Positions 33,304 through 46,019 of a DNA stretch of 64,000 nt are shown one piece after another (position 1 is the first letter of the stretch; each line of letters opens with the position of its first letter). The position numbers were made by a program, and so were the translations under genes. The notes below the pieces were generated by a model. It was not told where the DNA came from and did not search any database. It was given only the letters and a program-made list of their open reading frames with translations. The DNA comes from an uncultured Bacteroidales bacterium (GTDB lineage: Bacteria; Bacteroidota; Bacteroidia; Bacteroidales; UBA10428): assembly GCA_963800645.1 (NCBI GenBank), contig CAWDBX010000003.1, forward strand, positions 4,178-68,177. Reading direction: 5' to 3'.

Positions 33304-34332
33304 ATGAAAAATTTGTTTGTTTTACTCATACTCACCGCATTTACGGCAGGAATATCCGGCCAGGAACTTGATTCACTGAAGGCGATCATGGAAAAGAAAA
33401 ACGGCACTGAAAAGGCCGAAGGTCAGGAAAAAACAGTGGTCGCTCCGGTAATTGTAGAGGATAACGGTGAGGAAGTCAATGTAAAGGTCATGGAGAAGGA
33501 AGTGGTTAAAGTTATTGAAAGCGGAGATTCAACGGTGGTGAAAGTAGGAGAAAAAGATTTCATGGAGATTTACGAGCAGCCCGATTCCACCCGGATCAGG
33601 GTAGGTGATAAGGAGATCAGCATCGTGGAACGGGATAACGATACCGATATCAGTTTTGGCAGGGTCGACGAAAACCATCGCCGAATCCGGAATCCCAAAT
33701 TCAGGGGTCACTGGGCCGGATTTGAATGGGGCATCAACAATTTCATGGACGACGACTTTACCATATCCCGTGAAGGCGCTGATTCCTACATGGACCTCAA
33801 TACAGACCGTTCCTGGGCCATCAACCTGAATTTTGCGCAATACAGCCTGGGTTTCGGGACCTCTCATATAGGAGCGCTGACCGGACTGGGTCTGGAATTC
33901 AACAATTACTTCTTCGACGGCAACAATTCCATTGTGGAACAGGATGATCAGGTTGTGGAATTGCCGCTGACCGACAGCGTCACCAGTGTCAACAAAAGCA
34001 AACTGACGACGACCTTCCTCAGGATCCCCATCGTGATTGAATTCCAGTTCCCCAATGTGGTCAGGGCCAAAAGAGTATATATTTCCGCAGGTCTGATTGC
34101 CGGACTGAAACTGGGTTCCCATACCAAGGTGGTTTATGAGGACAGCAACGGCAAGGACAAGGACAAGAACAACGATGATTTTAACATCAGTCCCTTCCGG
34201 TATGGCCTCACAGCCCGTATCGGCTATGGTGGACTGAGTATTTTCAGCGATTACTATTTCACTCCCATGTTCGTGGAAGGCAAAGGACCGGATCTTCACC
34301 CGATATCGATCGGTTTGGCCCTCGCGTTTTAA
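33304..34332 (+). CDS. secreted protein with a C-terminal outer-membrane beta-barrel-like domain
   Basis: Intact 342 aa. Signal peptide, an acidic repeat-like N-terminal half, and alternating hydrophobic beta-strand patterns ending ..ISIGLALAF*. Confidence 0.55.
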   Translation: MKNLFVLLILTAFTAGISGQELDSLKAIMEKKNGTEKAEGQEKTVVAPVIVEDNGEEVNVKVMEKEVVKVIESGDSTVVKVGEKDFMEIYEQPDSTRIRVGDKEISIVERDNDTDISFGRVDENHRRIRNPKFRGHWAGFEWGINNFMDDDFTISREGADSYMDLNTDRSWAINLNFAQYSLGFGTSHIGALTGLGLEFNNYFFDGNNSIVEQDDQVVELPLTDSVTSVNKSKLTTTFLRIPIVIEFQFPNVVRAKRVYISAGLIAGLKLGSHTKVVYEDSNGKDKDKNNDDFNISPFRYGLTARIGYGGLSIFSDYYFTPMFVEGKGPDLHPISIGLALAF

Positions 34333-34352
34333 AAACATGGCCTTTTAATTGT

Positions 34353-34402
34353 AAAACACCCTTCAAGCGGTCTTCCGACACTTGAAGGGTGTTTTTCTTT
34401 TT
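34353..34402 (+). terminator. rho-independent terminator
   Basis: aaaacacccttcaag-N13-cttgaagggtgtttt (15-bp perfect stem) followed by tcttttt. Confidence 0.75.
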
Positions 34403-34426
34403 ATTATCTTTGATCAAACCATTGCC

Positions 34427-35176
34427 ATGAAATCAGAGATCCTGTCGGATAAAGAAATTCGGAAGTACAGTCAGCAGATCCAGCTCCCCGGTGTGGGCCT
34501 GGCCGGTCAGGAAAAAATAAAAAAAGCGCGTGTTCTGGTCATTGGAGCCGGAGGTAAAGGAGCCTCGGTGCTGCAGAGTCTGGCAGCCTCGGGGATTGGG
34601 TTTATCGGGATCTGCGACAATTATCTGGTGGAAGAAGAGGCCTTACTCCGTCAAAGCCTTTATGGCGAGACAGATCTTGGCAAGCAAAAAGCCATTATAT
34701 CGCGACAGCGGTTATCCATGCTGTCCCGTTTAACAGATTTTGAACTCCACAACATCTGCCTGTCGGAATCCAATATTTTAAACATTATCCGTAACTACGA
34801 CATCATTCTGGATGCCACCGACAATTTCACGGCCCATTACCTGATCAGCGATGCCGTTGTTGCTGCCGGAAAGCCGATGGTCTTCAGCACCGTCTTTCAT
34901 CATTCCATCCTCGTAAGTGTTTTTAACCATGCAGGCGGCCCTTCGCTGCGGGATCTATACCCGCAGGTTCCGCACGATTCCGGTCAGACCTCCGATGAAG
35001 GAATTGGCTCGTCCTTTGTGCTATACAACCTGGCCGGGAACTTTATGGCCCATGAAACCCTGAAACTGATCCTGGGATTTGACAACGTGTTGAGCGGGAA
35101 GGTATTGCAATTCCTGCTGAAAGATTACTCCTGTACCATTACACCAGTTACTCCCCCCTCCAAACGTCGCAAATAG
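34427..35176 (+). CDS. ThiF/MoeB/HesA family E1-like adenylyltransferase
   Basis: RKYSQQIQLPGVGLAGQEKIKKARVLVIGAGGKGASVLQSLAASGIG..ICDNYLVEEEALLRQSLY...DATDNF. I started it at MKSEIL, because the ORF-track TTG start lies inside the terminator. Confidence 0.8.
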   Translation: MKSEILSDKEIRKYSQQIQLPGVGLAGQEKIKKARVLVIGAGGKGASVLQSLAASGIGFIGICDNYLVEEEALLRQSLYGETDLGKQKAIISRQRLSMLSRLTDFELHNICLSESNILNIIRNYDIILDATDNFTAHYLISDAVVAAGKPMVFSTVFHHSILVSVFNHAGGPSLRDLYPQVPHDSGQTSDEGIGSSFVLYNLAGNFMAHETLKLILGFDNVLSGKVLQFLLKDYSCTITPVTPPSKRRK

Positions 35177-35181
35177 GTTCA

Positions 35182-35296
35182 GAATCTTCCATCTTGAATC
35201 TTGAATCTTGAATCTTCCATCGATCTTGCATCTTGAATCTTGAATCTTATCTTGAATCTTGAATCTTGAATCTTGAATCTTGAATCTTGAATCTTA
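35182..35296. repeat. tandem heptamer array (CTTGAAT, about 14 units with a few variant units)
   Basis: gaatcttccatcttgaatcttgaatcttgaatcttccatcgatcttgcatcttgaatcttgaatcttatcttgaatcttgaatcttgaatcttgaatcttgaatcttgaatctta. It starts 6 nt after the ThiF-like stop codon. Confidence 0.92.
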
Positions 35297-35403
35297 ATAA
35301 CTTCTCCCCGTTTCTCTAAAATGTCAATAACTTTTTCAAATTCCTGAAAAAGCATTCGTGAATAATGATTATTTTGGTTATCTCATGAATACCAACAAGT
35401 TGC

Positions 35404-38066
35404 ATGCTTAATTCTCTAAGATACAGGCTATTAGCCTGGTTCATAGCTTTCGTGCTGCTTATAGCTGGTTTAATGCTGCCTGCCAACCTCATTTATCACT
35501 CCCGTGAAAAAGAAATTGCCCAGGTTTCTCAGAATATAAATGCCCTTTACATCCACTTCCTCAAAGACACCAAATCGGTGAACGATTTCCTCACCGTAGA
35601 ACCGGCCAATATCGATTTTTTCTCCAAAGGGCAGAGCCCTTATCTGAACTTCCATTTGCAGGCAAGCGAAAAGATGCTGACGGATTTGCAGGATATCCGG
35701 GAATCGAGACCAGCCGGATCCTTAGGCATCAGGGACAGGATGGACAGTCTTTCCATCCATCTTCAGCAGTATAATTACCTGTTCGACAGTTTGATGTACC
35801 TGGTGTATAAAAGGGGTTACCGGAATTTTGGCCTCGAGGGGGAACTATTTGATTACGGTGAATTGCTTGAAAATGCACCCGGATTTACCAGCCGGGATGT
35901 ATATCAGCTCAGGAAGATTGAAAACGATTACTTTTTCAACAATGACACTTCCTCTTTCCAATCGTTTATCAGGCTGCTGCCTTCGCTCAGCGCTTCGCTG
36001 TCGGGCAATGACCGGTTGTCGGTTGATGCAAAAAATAAGACCAGGGAGCTGCTCAGCAATTATGCCGCAGCTTTTTTGCGTTTGGTAGAACTTGATAAAC
36101 AAACAGGCATACGGAAAAATCTGGCGCTCAGAGCGTCATTGAACAAAGAAAGTGCCGCCATTGAATCGTTGTTCACTTCCCTGTCCGAAAAAACGGTGGT
36201 GAAGCAGAAAGTCCTGATGAGCAGGCTTAACGGTTTCTACCTCCTTTCGCTCTTACTGATTTTTTCCATGGCTGTGATATTCAGCTATATATCTTCCAAA
36301 CACATCGTTTGGCATCTCGAAGCACTGACCAATTATATCTCCGTCCTGGCCAAAAACCACCTCGCTGCCGGTCCCTCCCTGGACCTCCATAATTCAGCCC
36401 GTGAAATCAAACAGATCTACCGCGAGTTCCGCAATCTTCTGTCGCAGATGAAAATATGGGAAACCCAACGTGACAGAGCGCTGCAGAATGCCGAGGACAA
36501 CCAGCAACGATACCGGGAACTGGCTGACATGCTTCCCCAGAGCGTTTTTGAAACCGATTCCTTTGGTAATTATACCTATGTGAACAAGGCCTGGTATAAT
36601 GCATTTGGATATACCCCCGGGGATCTTGGCGAAGGGCTTAATCTCATTGAAACCCTGATTTCGGAATCCAATCAGGAAGACATCCTGGGAAATCAGAAAA
36701 TTGAAAACTTAAATTATATCGCCATCCGGAAAAATGGTTCGAGATTTCCGGCTACGGTCTATACGGATAATATTGTCCGTGATTCGAAAATTGCCGGAAG
36801 ACGCGGTATAATTGTGGATATTACCGACAGGATCAATTATATCAGAACCCTGCAGCAGGAGACCAGCAAAGCCAAAACTTCCGATGAGCTGAAATCTTCT
36901 TTCCTGGCCAACATGTCGCATGAGATCAGGACACCCATGAATTCCATCATTGGGTTTTCAAACCTGCTGGCTTCCGAACAAATTCCGGATAATCAGAAAA
37001 AGGATTTTACGCATTATATCCGCACCAGCAGTGAAATTGCTGCTTAACCTGGTGGATGATATCATCGATATTGCGAAAATCGAAGCAGGAGAGCTTAAAA
37101 TCGTTAAAAAGGACTGTGATCTGATGGCCCTGGGACAGGAATTACTCACCACCTCAAAAGAAACCCGTAAACGGTTCAATAAACAGCACCTTCAGCTCCT
37201 GATTTCACTCCCGATCCTGAAGGTCAGGATGTTTTCCTGAAAACCGATCCTTTCAGGCTCCGGCAGATCATGGTAAACCTGATCAACAATGCCATTAAAT
37301 TCACGGAAAAGGGCTCTGTGGATTTCGGATTATGCCGTGAAGGACGATAGCCGGATCGAATTCTATGTGAAGGATACCGGCGTTGGTTTATCGCGTGATG
37401 AGCTGGACATGATATTTGAAAGATTCAAGCGCGCCAGGCAATCGGAGGAAAAAAATATCGTTGGCACCGGCCTGGGACTGGCCATATCGAAAAACCTCGT
37501 GCAGTTGCTGGGCGGTGAGATGTGGGTAGATTCGGTTGCCGGAAGCGGGACCACCTTCCTTTTTACCTTGCCTTATTTAAAACCGACCGTTCTGCCCGTC
37601 GACCGTGGCGACAGCTATCAGTATGAGACCTACTATAACTGGCAGGGAAAAACTTTACTGATCGCGGAAGATGATCCCAACAGCTTTAAATATCTGAAAG
37701 AACTGCTGGGTAAAACCAATGCGGTCCTCCTCCATGCCACCGATGGAAAAAAGGCATTGGAGATCATGCGGGGAACTGATCCGGTTGATCTGGTGATCAT
37801 GGATATCCAGATGCCGGAAATGGATGGTTGTGAAGCTACACGATGGATCAAAAAAATGAATCCCCAGGTTCCCGTGATCGCACAAACTGCCTTTGCCATG
37901 GCAGGGGACAAGGAAAAGATGACAGCAGGCCGGATGCGATGATTACGTGCCAAAACCTGTCGACAGTAATCAGCTGCTGGCCATGATCAACCATTACCTC
38001 ATGCGGGAGAGAACCAGGGGACCACAAAATATTTCTTCCGCAATACACAGCCAGCCTCAGCAATAA
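35404..38066 (+). CDS. hybrid sensor histidine kinase/response regulator (3 frame breaks)
   Basis: Two TM segments and a PAS-like segment. H-box SFLANMSHEIRTPMNSIIGFSNLL, N and G boxes INNAIKFT and GTGLGLAISKNLVQLLGGEMWVDS, and receiver LLIAEDDPNS...DLVIMDIQMPEMDG. Tail DDYVPKPVD by hand translation. Confidence 0.85.
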
Positions 38067-38124
38067 TCATCACCCGGGATGAGTTATCTTTGCGGACTAA
38101 ATTAGATCTCTCGAAATAACCAGT

Positions 38125-40702
38125 ATGCGATTCAGTAAACCTTTCCGGATTTTTGCCTTTTCCCTGCTGGCGACGGTTACCCTGATTGTGATCACCTCTG
38201 CCCTCCTGTCCTTGTTCTATGAGCAGGCGATCGTCCGGTTTATGAAAAAATACCTCGATGAACACCTCCTGACCGAGCTGTCGATGAAAGATATCCGGTT
38301 CCGGGTGCTGAAAGGATTTCCAAATGCCACGGTAGAGATCTCCCAGGTCGTTATCCTTTCCGGGGAGGATTTTCATCCCCGTGATTTTCCCGGCACTTAT
38401 GCAGATACCCTGTTACAGGCAAAGACCATTTCCTTTCAGTTCGACCTGATGAAGCTGATCAACAAACAATATGAACTGAAGAAGATTGAGGTTTCACAGG
38501 GTCGTTTGAATATTTTAATGGACAAAAACAACCGGCATAACCTGAAAATCTGGAAAAACGGGGAATCCCGGTCCGGTCAGGAATACGCCATAAATCTGAA
38601 GGCCATCCACCTCAATTCCACCCGCATAAAAATTGTTTCTCTCCGGGAGCAGCTGGAACTTGACGCCCATGCTCAACGCACCGTCTTCAGGGGCAACTAT
38701 TCAGGCAATATCCTGTCGGGAGAGACCCGGGGCAACATACAACTCGACAGTATCCTGTTGAAGGACAGGCGGCTGATCAAAGACGCCTCTTTGAATCTTG
38801 CGGTAAAAATGGTATACGGGGGTGACCGTTTGAGGATCCGTGAAGGCAGACTTCAGTTGAACAAGGCGGTTATGAACATTTCAGGGGAATTTAAAGGCGG
38901 AAAGGATAAGTCCATTGACCTGACGGTTGACATCCCCAAATTCGGGCTGGAAGAGCTGATGTCACTGATGCCCTTCGACAGCAAAGTGCTTCCGGCACAC
39001 CTGAGCTTTACGGGAAACGGTAACCTTACGGCCGTTATAAGGGGTTCCCTGTCCAATAAAAACAATCTCTTCATCCGGTCGGGTTTTGAACTTGCCGGTT
39101 GCACCGCGCGGAATACAGATACCCGGGCGGAGATCAGCCATATAAACCTGAAAGGATCGATTTCCGGAACCCGTGCCGAGAATTTCGAACTCCGGCTTGA
39201 CCAGGTAAACGGTGATCTTGGAAAGGGATGGATCAGGGGCAGCTTCTTCCTGAACAATTTAAAAACCCTGGTATTCCGGACTGAAATACAATCCTCCCTC
39301 GATCTCGAGGCTTTAAGGGAATTCCTGGCCCTTGATACGGTTGAAACGATGAAGGGTATGATCCGATCAGATTTTAGCGCATCCGGAAGCTTTAAACAAT
39401 TTGGCGACTCTTCGGTCAGCGGACTTGATTACCTCGATAAAGGCACTTTCGTTTTTGAGGAGACGAGCCTAAAGATGAAGAACCGGCCCTGGGATCTTCG
39501 GAATATCTCAGGCAAAGCCACCTGGGACAAGATCCTGCGTCTCGACAGCCTGGCCCTGCAGATCAATGGCACCGACCTTCTGGTCAACGGAAATATACAG
39601 AATATAACGGGTTACCTGCTGAAACGGGGGTCACTTAAATCAAATCTGGAAATAACTACTGATAACCTCGACATTGGTAATATTTTAAATAATGCCCCGA
39701 AACGTAAATCTTCCGGATACAGCGTCGCGCATTTCCCTGCTTCCTCCCGAAATTCAGCTGACAGCATCCCTTAAAACCAGGAACCTGATAGTAGGTAAAT
39801 TCCAGGCGACAGAGGTATCCCTTCATCTGGTTGCAGCCAAAGACTCGGTGTACGTAACCGATTTTTTCCTGAAGTTCCCCGATGGATCCATCACCGGAAA
39901 CGCTCTGATAACAAAGAATTCCGGAAAGCAGTTGTCCATTACCTGCAACGCGCAGCCAAAAATGATCAATATCCGGCAGTTGTTCACCTCTATGAACAAT
40001 TTTACCCAGCATTTCATCATGGACAAAAATGTGAAGGGACTGTTGGGCGGCACGGTAAGCTTCGCGGCACAATGGGATTCCGCCTATAAGTTCCTTCCCA
40101 AAAGCCTGAAGGCCCAGGCTGACATTGAAATCACCAATGGGGAACTGGTTCAGTTTGAACCCATGATGCGGCTTTCAAAATATATTGATGTGGAGGAACT
40201 CAGGCATGTCCGCTTTAAAACCCTTAAAAACATTATTTACATCAATGACCGGATGGTTACGCTGCCTGAAATGGCCATTCATTCCACCGCATTCAACATC
40301 ACCGTGTCGGGACAGCATTCTTTTGACAACCTGTTCGATTACCGGTTAAAGGTTTTGCTCTCCGAAATATTATTCAACAAAGCCCGGAAAAAGAAGGCGG
40401 AAATCAGTGAATTCATGGTGGAGGAGACCCGGGAGGACCAAACCACCATTCCCCTGATCATTGCCGGAACACCCGACCAGTTTGATGTGCGGTTCGATCG
40501 CAGGAGGGCTTTCGATCTCTCCCGCAAGACCATGAAAGAAGAAGATCCCTCGGTTGAAAACAGGCCGGCACCAAACAACTTCAGAATTGAATGGGAAGAA
40601 CCGGAAAAGAAACCAGAGGAGGCCGCGAAGCCGGTCTCAAAACAGAACAGCTCGGATTTCGAAGTGGAATGGGAGGAAGAGGATGATTCCGGGATTGAAT
40701 GA
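38125..40702 (+). CDS. AsmA family protein (one frame break near 39700)
   Basis: N-terminal anchor MRFSKPFRIFAFSLLATVTLIVI, then a long beta-rich body and an acidic tail, in ORFs 38125..39774 and 39692..40702. The architecture is typical of AsmA/TamB-like proteins. Confidence 0.7.
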
Positions 40703-40737
40703 CTAAATAGCAGGCACATAAATACTGAATCCCTGAG

Positions 40738-41887
40738 GTGAACATTTACAAACAGAAACAACGCTGGCAATTTTTCCTTTTTATCACGGCAGTGATCATA
40801 GGTATTGCCTCCCTGCTGTATACCGATCAGCTGGTAAAAAAGATGGCCGTTGAAGAACACAAAAAGGCGGAAATGATGGCCGATGCATGGACGCAGATCG
40901 TTAATTCGAGTGCCGACGATGCCAACCTGGACTTTTACGCCGGAGTGATCAAGGACAATGAGACCATCCCGGTGATTGTTACCGACTCCCTGGACAATAT
41001 TGTGATCACCCGGAACCTGGATACCTCCGGCTGGAAAAACCCCGTTATGTTGCCCGTAAACTCGGCAACATGAAGGAACATGCCGATCCCATCATGATCG
41101 AACTCTCTCCCACCGAGAAGCAATATCTGTATTACAGCAAATCCATCCTTTTATCACAACTTCTCTATTATCCCTATATTCAGCTGGGCGTTGTAGTGCT
41201 TTTCATCCTCATTGCCTATTTTGCCTTCCGTACCTCCCGCAAATTTGAACAAAATCAGGTGTGGGTCGGGATGTCCAAGGAAACCGCCCATCAGCTCGGG
41301 ACACCCATTTCTTCCCTGATGGCCTGGCTCGAAATGATGAAAATACGGAGCAGTGATACGGAAATGCTGACGGAACTTGAAAAGGACGTAAACCGGCTGG
41401 AAAAGATCACCGAACGGTTCTCCAAAATCGGATCAAAACCCGTGCTGGTAAAGGAGAATATCATCAAAGTAATTGATACAGCAGTCAATTATATCAAGAC
41501 AAGATCGTCCGGCAAGGTCAGGTTCAACCTGAAGATGCCGCCGGGAGAGATCGCTGTTCCGCTTAATGCTAGCTCTGTTTGAGTGGGTTATTGAAAATCT
41601 TTGCAAAAATGCGATTGATGCGCTGTCGGGTGAGGGAGAAATTGAAATTGCCCTGACCGATTATACCCAGGTGGTGTATGTGGATATTCGCGACACCGGC
41701 AAAGGAATCCCAAAATCGCATGTTCCTGGCGATTTTCACACCCGGGATTTACGACCAAGAAAAAAGGATGGGGTTTGGGATTATCACTTGCCAAGAGGAT
41801 TATTGAAGAATATCACGATGGCAAAATATTTGTTCACCAATCGGAAATGAATAAAGGATCCGTGATCAGGATCGTACTGAAAAAATG
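40738..41887 (+). CDS. sensor histidine kinase (2-3 frame breaks)
   Basis: Two TM segments. H-box ETAHQLGTPISSLMAWLEMM. ATP-binding NLCKNAIDAL, DTGKGIP, and GWGLGLSLAKRIIEEYHDGKIFV by hand translation. Confidence 0.8.
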
Positions 41888-42325
41888 ACCAGGCTTTTTA
41901 CATTCAGCAAAGAAGAGCGGCTGTCGCATAAAAAAGATATAGATGCCCTGTTCAATCAAGGTTCCTCCTTTAACCTGAGTCCCTTTAAGGTTATTTACCT
42001 GAGGCAGACCCCTGCCATGGCGGTTCCCGTACAGGTATTGGTGGCCGTTCCCAAAAAGAAATTCAAACGGGCCGTTGACCGTAACCGGCTGCGCAGGATG
42101 ATCAGGGAGGCCTATCGCCTGAACAAGCACCGTTTGACTGATCACACGGAGGCACTGCCTTACACCCTCCAGATAGGTTTTATCTATATGGCCGACCGGC
42201 TTGACATCCCTTTTGCGGAACTGGAGAAACAAATGGTCAGCTGCCTTGACAGAATGGTGAAGATAATAGGAGACAATAGGAACAGCGGCAAATCCGCCTC
42301 CGGCGGGGGTGACGGCGTATATTAG
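41885..42325 (+). CDS. rnpA: ribonuclease P protein component
   Basis: Intact: FSKEERLSHKKDID...KKKFKRAVDRNRLRRMIREAYRLNK. The ATG overlaps the kinase stop (ATGA). Confidence 0.85.
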   Translation: MTRLFTFSKEERLSHKKDIDALFNQGSSFNLSPFKVIYLRQTPAMAVPVQVLVAVPKKKFKRAVDRNRLRRMIREAYRLNKHRLTDHTEALPYTLQIGFIYMADRLDIPFAELEKQMVSCLDRMVKIIGDNRNSGKSASGGGDGVY

Positions 42326-45146
42326 AAAACTCCGGTATCCACACTCAGCATCAGTTCAGCAAAATACTCCTTTTTCCCGGGCATATATCCCAGTCTTACT
42401 CCTGCCGATACCGGAAAGATGATCCGGATAATGTGCAGATCTGCCAGTATTTCGGCGCCATACGACCGGTAGCTGCCGCTATACTGCATGGCTACACCAT
42501 CCTGAACTTCGGTGATATCCGATCCGTAACTCCAGTCATGAAAGAGATTTGCCCTAAAACGCTTGAGGTATAATACAGGTCCCAGTGCCCAATCAGGATA
42601 GGCTACCGGGAATGCATAATTCAGCATCAGGCTGGAAAATTCCCTGGAAACCGCAGAATGGTATCCGCGCGGGAAAGGGATCCTGTTAATTGGTATCAGG
42701 CCGTGCGTGGTTTTCTGCACCTGCATTCCCCCAAGAAAATAAAAATGATGATGCGGGGCGATGCCGGGGAAATAGGCGCCTGCCTGAACCGACAGGAGTG
42801 TGCCGAAAAGGTCATCATCGGCGGGGGTTTGCGTGTAGGTAAGCTGCCATAAATTGTCCCCACCGCGGATAAAGATCACGGGAAGAATACCGCAGGTAAT
42901 GGTTGAGAAAAAACTTGCCGTGCAGATAATGAATGCCTCTTTGGAGATCATCCCCCACATAATAGGCCGTGCCGGTGTGTTCATACTCGGCCTGTGGCTG
43001 AATGCGCGTAATGTATTTGCCCCGGGTAAAGGAGAGGGGCACATAGGTCTTTGCCAGGACCTCCGGGGCAGGACCCCCGAATTTCCCCGAGACCTCCAGC
43101 ACCGGATACCATCCGCGCCAGGCAAATACCGGAATAAACTCGTGGTTACCCTCGTAATACCTGTAACCTATTCTTGAAATGACTGTACTTAACAAATTCT
43201 GCGAGAATGCCATAACACCCAAATTGATCGGAACCTGCTGGAGTGAACCCGTAAAATCTTCCAGGTCGGCATAAAACGGGACCCACGAATGCAGGTTCAC
43301 TGATTTACTCAGCCTGCCATAGGGTTTCACGGGATAGGAAACCGCTGCAGGTTGTTCCCCGCGGTCAGGAACAGGCTGCTTCCCGGGTGCAATCTCCGGA
43401 CTGTCGGGGCCGACAAAACTTTCAGCACCGATGGCCCGCCAGGATAAGGTGTCCAGGGGCAGGCTGACCACGTCAAAACCTGCATGGCTGTAATTTGAAA
43501 ATAAAAGCGATGCAGAATCGTGGCTGACGGAGGGATGGAAAGCGCCAAACCGGGAAAAGGTCACCTGGTAGATGGGGGCAGCCTGGGTTTTGCTTATTGC
43601 AAAAATATTCTCTATCCCGTTGTATGAACTTCTGAAAAGTATATAGTTCTTATAATGTGTCGGTTCAGAGATATCAAACCGGGTATTGGGCAACAATACG
43701 GTCCATTGATTGGTTTTCAGATCGATGTGCTCCAATTGTTTTCCGGCGTCAGATACCGTGATCACCACTATTTCCGAATCACTGAGCCATTCGGGAAACT
43801 GAAGTGCCTTGTTTTTCGGCGAGGGCAATTGCCGTTCCATTTTACCGGTAGTGGCATTCAACAGGGTCAGGTAGTTCCTGTTTTCGGTATCGGTTTCTGC
43901 CACAGCAATCTGTTTCCCCCCGGGCGAAAAATCGGGACTGAAATACCTTGTCCGGTTTGAAAAGGCAGTTTTTTCCCCGGTCGACAGGTCATAGGTCTGC
44001 AACACCGAAAAATCCCTTTGTCCCCAGCGCGGATCCGTTCTTACCTCATCCCATACCAGGAGGTTTCCCCACACATCGCATTTCAGGCCCGTGGTTAAAC
44101 CGGTCGTAAAGACCTTTTTCACCTTTCCCGAAGAATCGATGGTCACAAAGCTACCGGGATCATCCAGTCCTTTTCGCATGGCCAGCAACAGGCCATTTTC
44201 CGCCTCCTTTGGAAGGATATAACTGGTAAAAACCCGGCGCTGACCGGAATTAACAGTTGAATAATCAATGTAAGTAAATGATTCTTTTTGATTGTTATAT
44301 TGACGTTTAAGCGAGTCCATTGTTTGCCGGTAAAGCCCGCTTTTGTAGATCCCGTAATTCTTCTTCAGGTAAAAGGCGAGCGGCCAGATGAAAAACGGAT
44401 TCCTGGCCGTGTAATCGAGTGCCTTGGACCATACTGCATCACCGTAACGGGAACGTGCATGGGTTACCAGCTGGTAACCGTACCGGTACTGATCAGGAAC
44501 ATAATCGCGGTAGGAGCCGAAAACTGCTTTGTCATAGGAAAAGGTCCGTGACTGTTGCATCAGGAGGGTCCGGAGCGGCATTTCAAATCCCGGGATTCTG
44601 CCCCTTCCTGTCTCCGTTAGTCTGGTTTCATTATATACCGCATCCCCCTCGTAAAACCACGACGGGATCAGCGAGGAAACCACACCGGGGGCTATTTCGC
44701 CGGTCAGCCAGGAAGCCGCCCGGGTGAAACCCTGATTCAGCTTTCCGAGCTGGACCGCATGGCGGTACTCATGCAGGGTAAGCTCACTGATCCAGTCTAT
44801 TGCGTATCCGTCCTGGGGAGGAGCCGCCACCAGCTCCATGCGTTTAGGGGCCAGGGTCACATAACCGTTTGAAAGAATGGAAGTACTGTGCAATACAATG
44901 GGAAATCTTTTCAGGGTATAATGGAGATCCTCTTCAGTAAGCGACTTGTAGAATTCAAGTTTATTTGCCAGGTTGTTGGCCTCCTCTGCAATTCCATCGG
45001 GGAAAATAATGCTGAAGTGGGGGGTGTTGATTTTTTTCCAGTGCAGGGATGCCGGCGGTTCACCTGTTGAATAGAACTGGCTGTAACCACAGGTTGCCTG
45101 CAGGGCCCAGATAATTATACTGATCCAAATATACGGCTCCTCTCAT
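42322..45146 (-). CDS. large secreted protein: HExxH metallopeptidase-like N-terminal region, TolB-like beta-propeller and C-terminal barrel-like region (frame breaks near 42830 and 44900-45100)
   Basis: LTLHEYRHAVQ (HExxH), YFSPDFSPGGKQIAVAE (propeller blade motif), fragments 42815..44893 and 42322..43125, and N-terminal ..IIIWALQATCGYSQ signal-like segment by hand translation. Confidence 0.6.
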
Positions 45147-45214
45147 CCCGAAACGTTATAATTACTCAAAAATAAATAATTGCTGCTCCCAAACAGACAA
45201 TTCTGATTCACTTT

Positions 45215-45994
45215 ATGAGCAATTTATTATTTTTGCAGCAAAATAAGTCCGGGAAATTGAGAAACTTCTTTACAGATAATGTGAACAGCATCCTTGGCGC
45301 CATCAGTATTCATCTGATGGTCGTGATTGTCTTTCTCTGGTTTAAACTCGGAGAGGTGGATGAAATGCAGAAAGAGCAGGTTTTAATTGAATTCAACGAA
45401 GAAATAAAACCTCTTGAGGATAAAATGTCGGAGAAATCCCTTCCCGAGGAGGGCAGCGGCGATGCCCTGCCGTCACTGGACCGGCAGACCCTTCATGCCA
45501 TTGCCACCAATGTGTCGAGTAAGCTTGACCAGGAGATCAGCACCCAAAAATATGAACAGGAAGTGCTGCAGGAACTTGGTATTTCCTCCCTGAAAGCCAA
45601 TGGCGCCGAACTCGAAAAACAGGCCGAAGCGAAGGACGAAAACGCGATCGGGGAGCAAAACGCACAGACAGATGCCTCTGAAAAGGATTTTGATGTCCCC
45701 AATGTGCTGAGAAAGGACAACACCACTGTTTCCTACTTCCTCGAAGGAAGATGGCACCGTCATGTGTATATTCCCACTTACAAATGCCAGGGGGGCGGCA
45801 CGGTTACGCTGGATATTGTCATCGACCAGGGCGGAAAGGTTATTTCTGCGCTCATCGCGGATAACAAATCAACACTGGATGAATGCCTGCGCGAAGAAGC
45901 CTTCAGGTCCGCCACCACGGCCCAGTTCAATGCCGATAAGAAAGCTCCTCCAAAGCAATTAGGCACAATGACATACGTATTCTTACCTCAATAA
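45215..45994 (+). CDS. TonB C-terminal-domain-like membrane-anchored protein
   Basis: Intact: N-terminal TM (ILGAISIHLMVVIVFLWF), an acidic linker, and C-terminal GGGTVTLDIVIDQGGKVISALI...EEAFRSATTAQF. Confidence 0.5.
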   Translation: MSNLLFLQQNKSGKLRNFFTDNVNSILGAISIHLMVVIVFLWFKLGEVDEMQKEQVLIEFNEEIKPLEDKMSEKSLPEEGSGDALPSLDRQTLHAIATNVSSKLDQEISTQKYEQEVLQELGISSLKANGAELEKQAEAKDENAIGEQNAQTDASEKDFDVPNVLRKDNTTVSYFLEGRWHRHVYIPTYKCQGGGTVTLDIVIDQGGKVISALIADNKSTLDECLREEAFRSATTAQFNADKKAPPKQLGTMTYVFLPQ

Positions 45995-46019
45995 TCACTT
46001 TACTTATTCCGGCTCCCTG

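Noticed and set aside
33529-34338. A 269-aa minus-strand ORF antisense to the beta-barrel-like gene.
   Set aside because: It is fully nested antisense to an intact ORF that has a signal peptide, promoter motif and terminator. Its translation has no motif or sensible start context.
34382-34426. The ORF-track start (TTG at 34382) for the ThiF-like gene.
   Set aside because: That start lies inside the descending arm of the upstream terminator. The ATG at 34427 (MKSEIL) is a more plausible start.
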